From positions 55,639-119,638 of the forward strand of contig CBFFRP010000120.1 in assembly GCA_965644295.1 (NCBI GenBank): a stretch of DNA of 64,000 nt, in the 5' to 3' direction. Positions 62,784 through 64,000 of the stretch are shown here, one piece after another. Made by a program: the position numbers and the translations under genes. Every line of letters starts with the position of its first letter. Within the stretch, counting starts at the first letter, position 1. The DNA comes from Paraphysomonas bandaiensis (taxonomy: Eukaryota > Protista > Chrysophyceae). The notes beneath the pieces were generated by a model that saw only the letters and a list, made by a program, of their open reading frames with translations, was not told where the DNA came from and ran no database searches.

Positions 62784-64000
62784 ATGGAAGTTCCAGAAGA
62801 AGAAATGCCTCTTGCCAGCCTGCCCGTCAATTTACAGATCATGAAACTACAAGAGGAACTGGCGAAAATGAAAAGAGAACTTGCGAAAAAGGATGAGAAA
62901 CTTGCAGAAAAGGATGAGAAACTTGCAGAAAAGGATGAGAAACTTGCGAAAAAGGATGAGGAAACGGCGGAAATGAAAAGAGAGCTTGCTGGGCACGATG
63001 CGGTTTCCATTCGACGGCTTTTACACGGAGGGCTAAACGACCTGATATTAGGTTCTCAAAAAACGCCAAGTTTCACCAATACTTCTACCCATAATTCTGG
63101 ACATGCTGGTGTGATGAGCTTTGTAGAGCAGGATTTTGTGATCTTTAAGAACATTGAAATGCGAAATTTGTCAACATCAAGCATTTTTCTGCTGCGAATT
63201 CAGGGCAACCCTTCACAGCATGTATTTTATTCTAATGAGGCAGAGATTGAAGAACATGTCCGCAATATTATGCTAGATGTGTTGACACTTTTGGATATTA
63301 AGCAGGATGTGTCACTGCATTATCAAAAAACACTAATGTGTGTGATAGACGGTAAGGAAAAGCAGTCCAAGTCCGACATTTGGGTTGTCAAAACACAATC
63401 TGGTGTTCCCATTGCAGTTATTGAGGTGCAACAACCTGGAAAAACGAAGCTGTCCAATTTAAAGGTGCTTGGACAACTTCACGACTACATGTCAAATCTA
63501 CGCAATTCTTTTGGACAATGCGAAGTATTTGGGATTGTAACTACACTGGACAAGTGGCGAGTAGTATGGTTTCCTGACACGAACGCGTTTGCTACCTCAA
63601 TAGACCTGAACCCACCAAAAGCCAACAATGTAATAGAAGACTTTCCCGTGGAAAGCACGCTACAAAGAACACTTCATGGCAGTAGAGAGTACAGTTGGCA
63701 TGACGCAACACTGCTTCCACTTATTGGAACCGTTATATTGAAGTCTATGAGAGCACAATATCGTCGTGTACCGCACCTCTCCTTGCAACGAGCATACACG
63801 TTTCTGAGTGCGGAGACCTGGCATTGGGGTATTATCCCGGAGAATACATTTGCCGAACACCAGGAAATTTTCCTCACACTCCCTCAAGAGGAACCACCTT
63901 ATTTGATAGTGCTGCGGCAGTTTCACGGTGGGGCCGATGGCAAGGTTTGCCTCGCGCTAACTAAGGATTTCCATTTAGTCGTACTTAAGAAATTCTATGA
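62784..64000 (+). CDS. Crinkler-like coiled-coil + PD-(D/E)xK nuclease-fold + kinase protein, runs off the window
   Basis: Open frame from ATG 62784 to the window end. KDEKLAE heptads; SDIWVV..PIAVIEVQQP..GQLHDYM..FGIVTT..WRVVW; then GGADGKVCLA..VVLKKF (kinase subdomains I-II). Confidence 0.7.
   Translation, partial: MEVPEEEMPLASLPVNLQIMKLQEELAKMKRELAKKDEKLAEKDEKLAEKDEKLAKKDEETAEMKRELAGHDAVSIRRLLHGGLNDLILGSQKTPSFTNTSTHNSGHAGVMSFVEQDFVIFKNIEMRNLSTSSIFLLRIQGNPSQHVFYSNEAEIEEHVRNIMLDVLTLLDIKQDVSLHYQKTLMCVIDGKEKQSKSDIWVVKTQSGVPIAVIEVQQPGKTKLSNLKVLGQLHDYMSNLRNSFGQCEVFGIVTTLDKWRVVWFPDTNAFATSIDLNPPKANNVIEDFPVESTLQRTLHGSREYSWHDATLLPLIGTVILKSMRAQYRRVPHLSLQRAYTFLSAETWHWGIIPENTFAEHQEIFLTLPQEEPPYLIVLRQFHGGADGKVCLALTKDFHLVVLKKFY

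Noticed and set aside
62594-63069. Minus-strand Ser/Phe-rich ORFs
   Set aside because: Antisense of the KDEKLAE coding repeat.

Overview
Eukaryotic nuclear DNA with short GT-AG introns. The gene set (stramenopile-type NEDD8, CCT protein, hybrid histidine kinase, axonemal dynein IC) suggests a flagellated stramenopile or ochrophyte; this is an inference. Host genes: a giant C-type lectin/REJ/EGF membrane protein head-to-head with an OSCA/TMEM63 channel, WDR78/DNAI4, a hybrid His kinase, a PhnD-like fusion protein, a CCT protein, a pseudo-receiver/PAS protein, Cys-tRNA synthetase, a six-exon NEDD8-like gene, a P-loop protein and a Crinkler-like nuclease-kinase. Mobile DNA is abundant: a LINE family and relatives sharing a structured 3' tail, an internally deleted hAT, and a TG...CA insert carrying a SET fragment nested in a LINE. 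The stand-out is an intact Copia element (57329-62246, minus strand, identical 282-bp LTRs) inside a (TATG)n tract. It has no tRNA primer-binding site. Instead, the 15 nt after the 5' LTR are perfectly complementary to a segment inside its own LTR, in the geometry of Tf1-type self-priming. Its ends are CG...CG rather than TG...CA, and its integrase looks D-D-D with no HHCC finger. All assignments come from reading motifs by eye; no searches were run.
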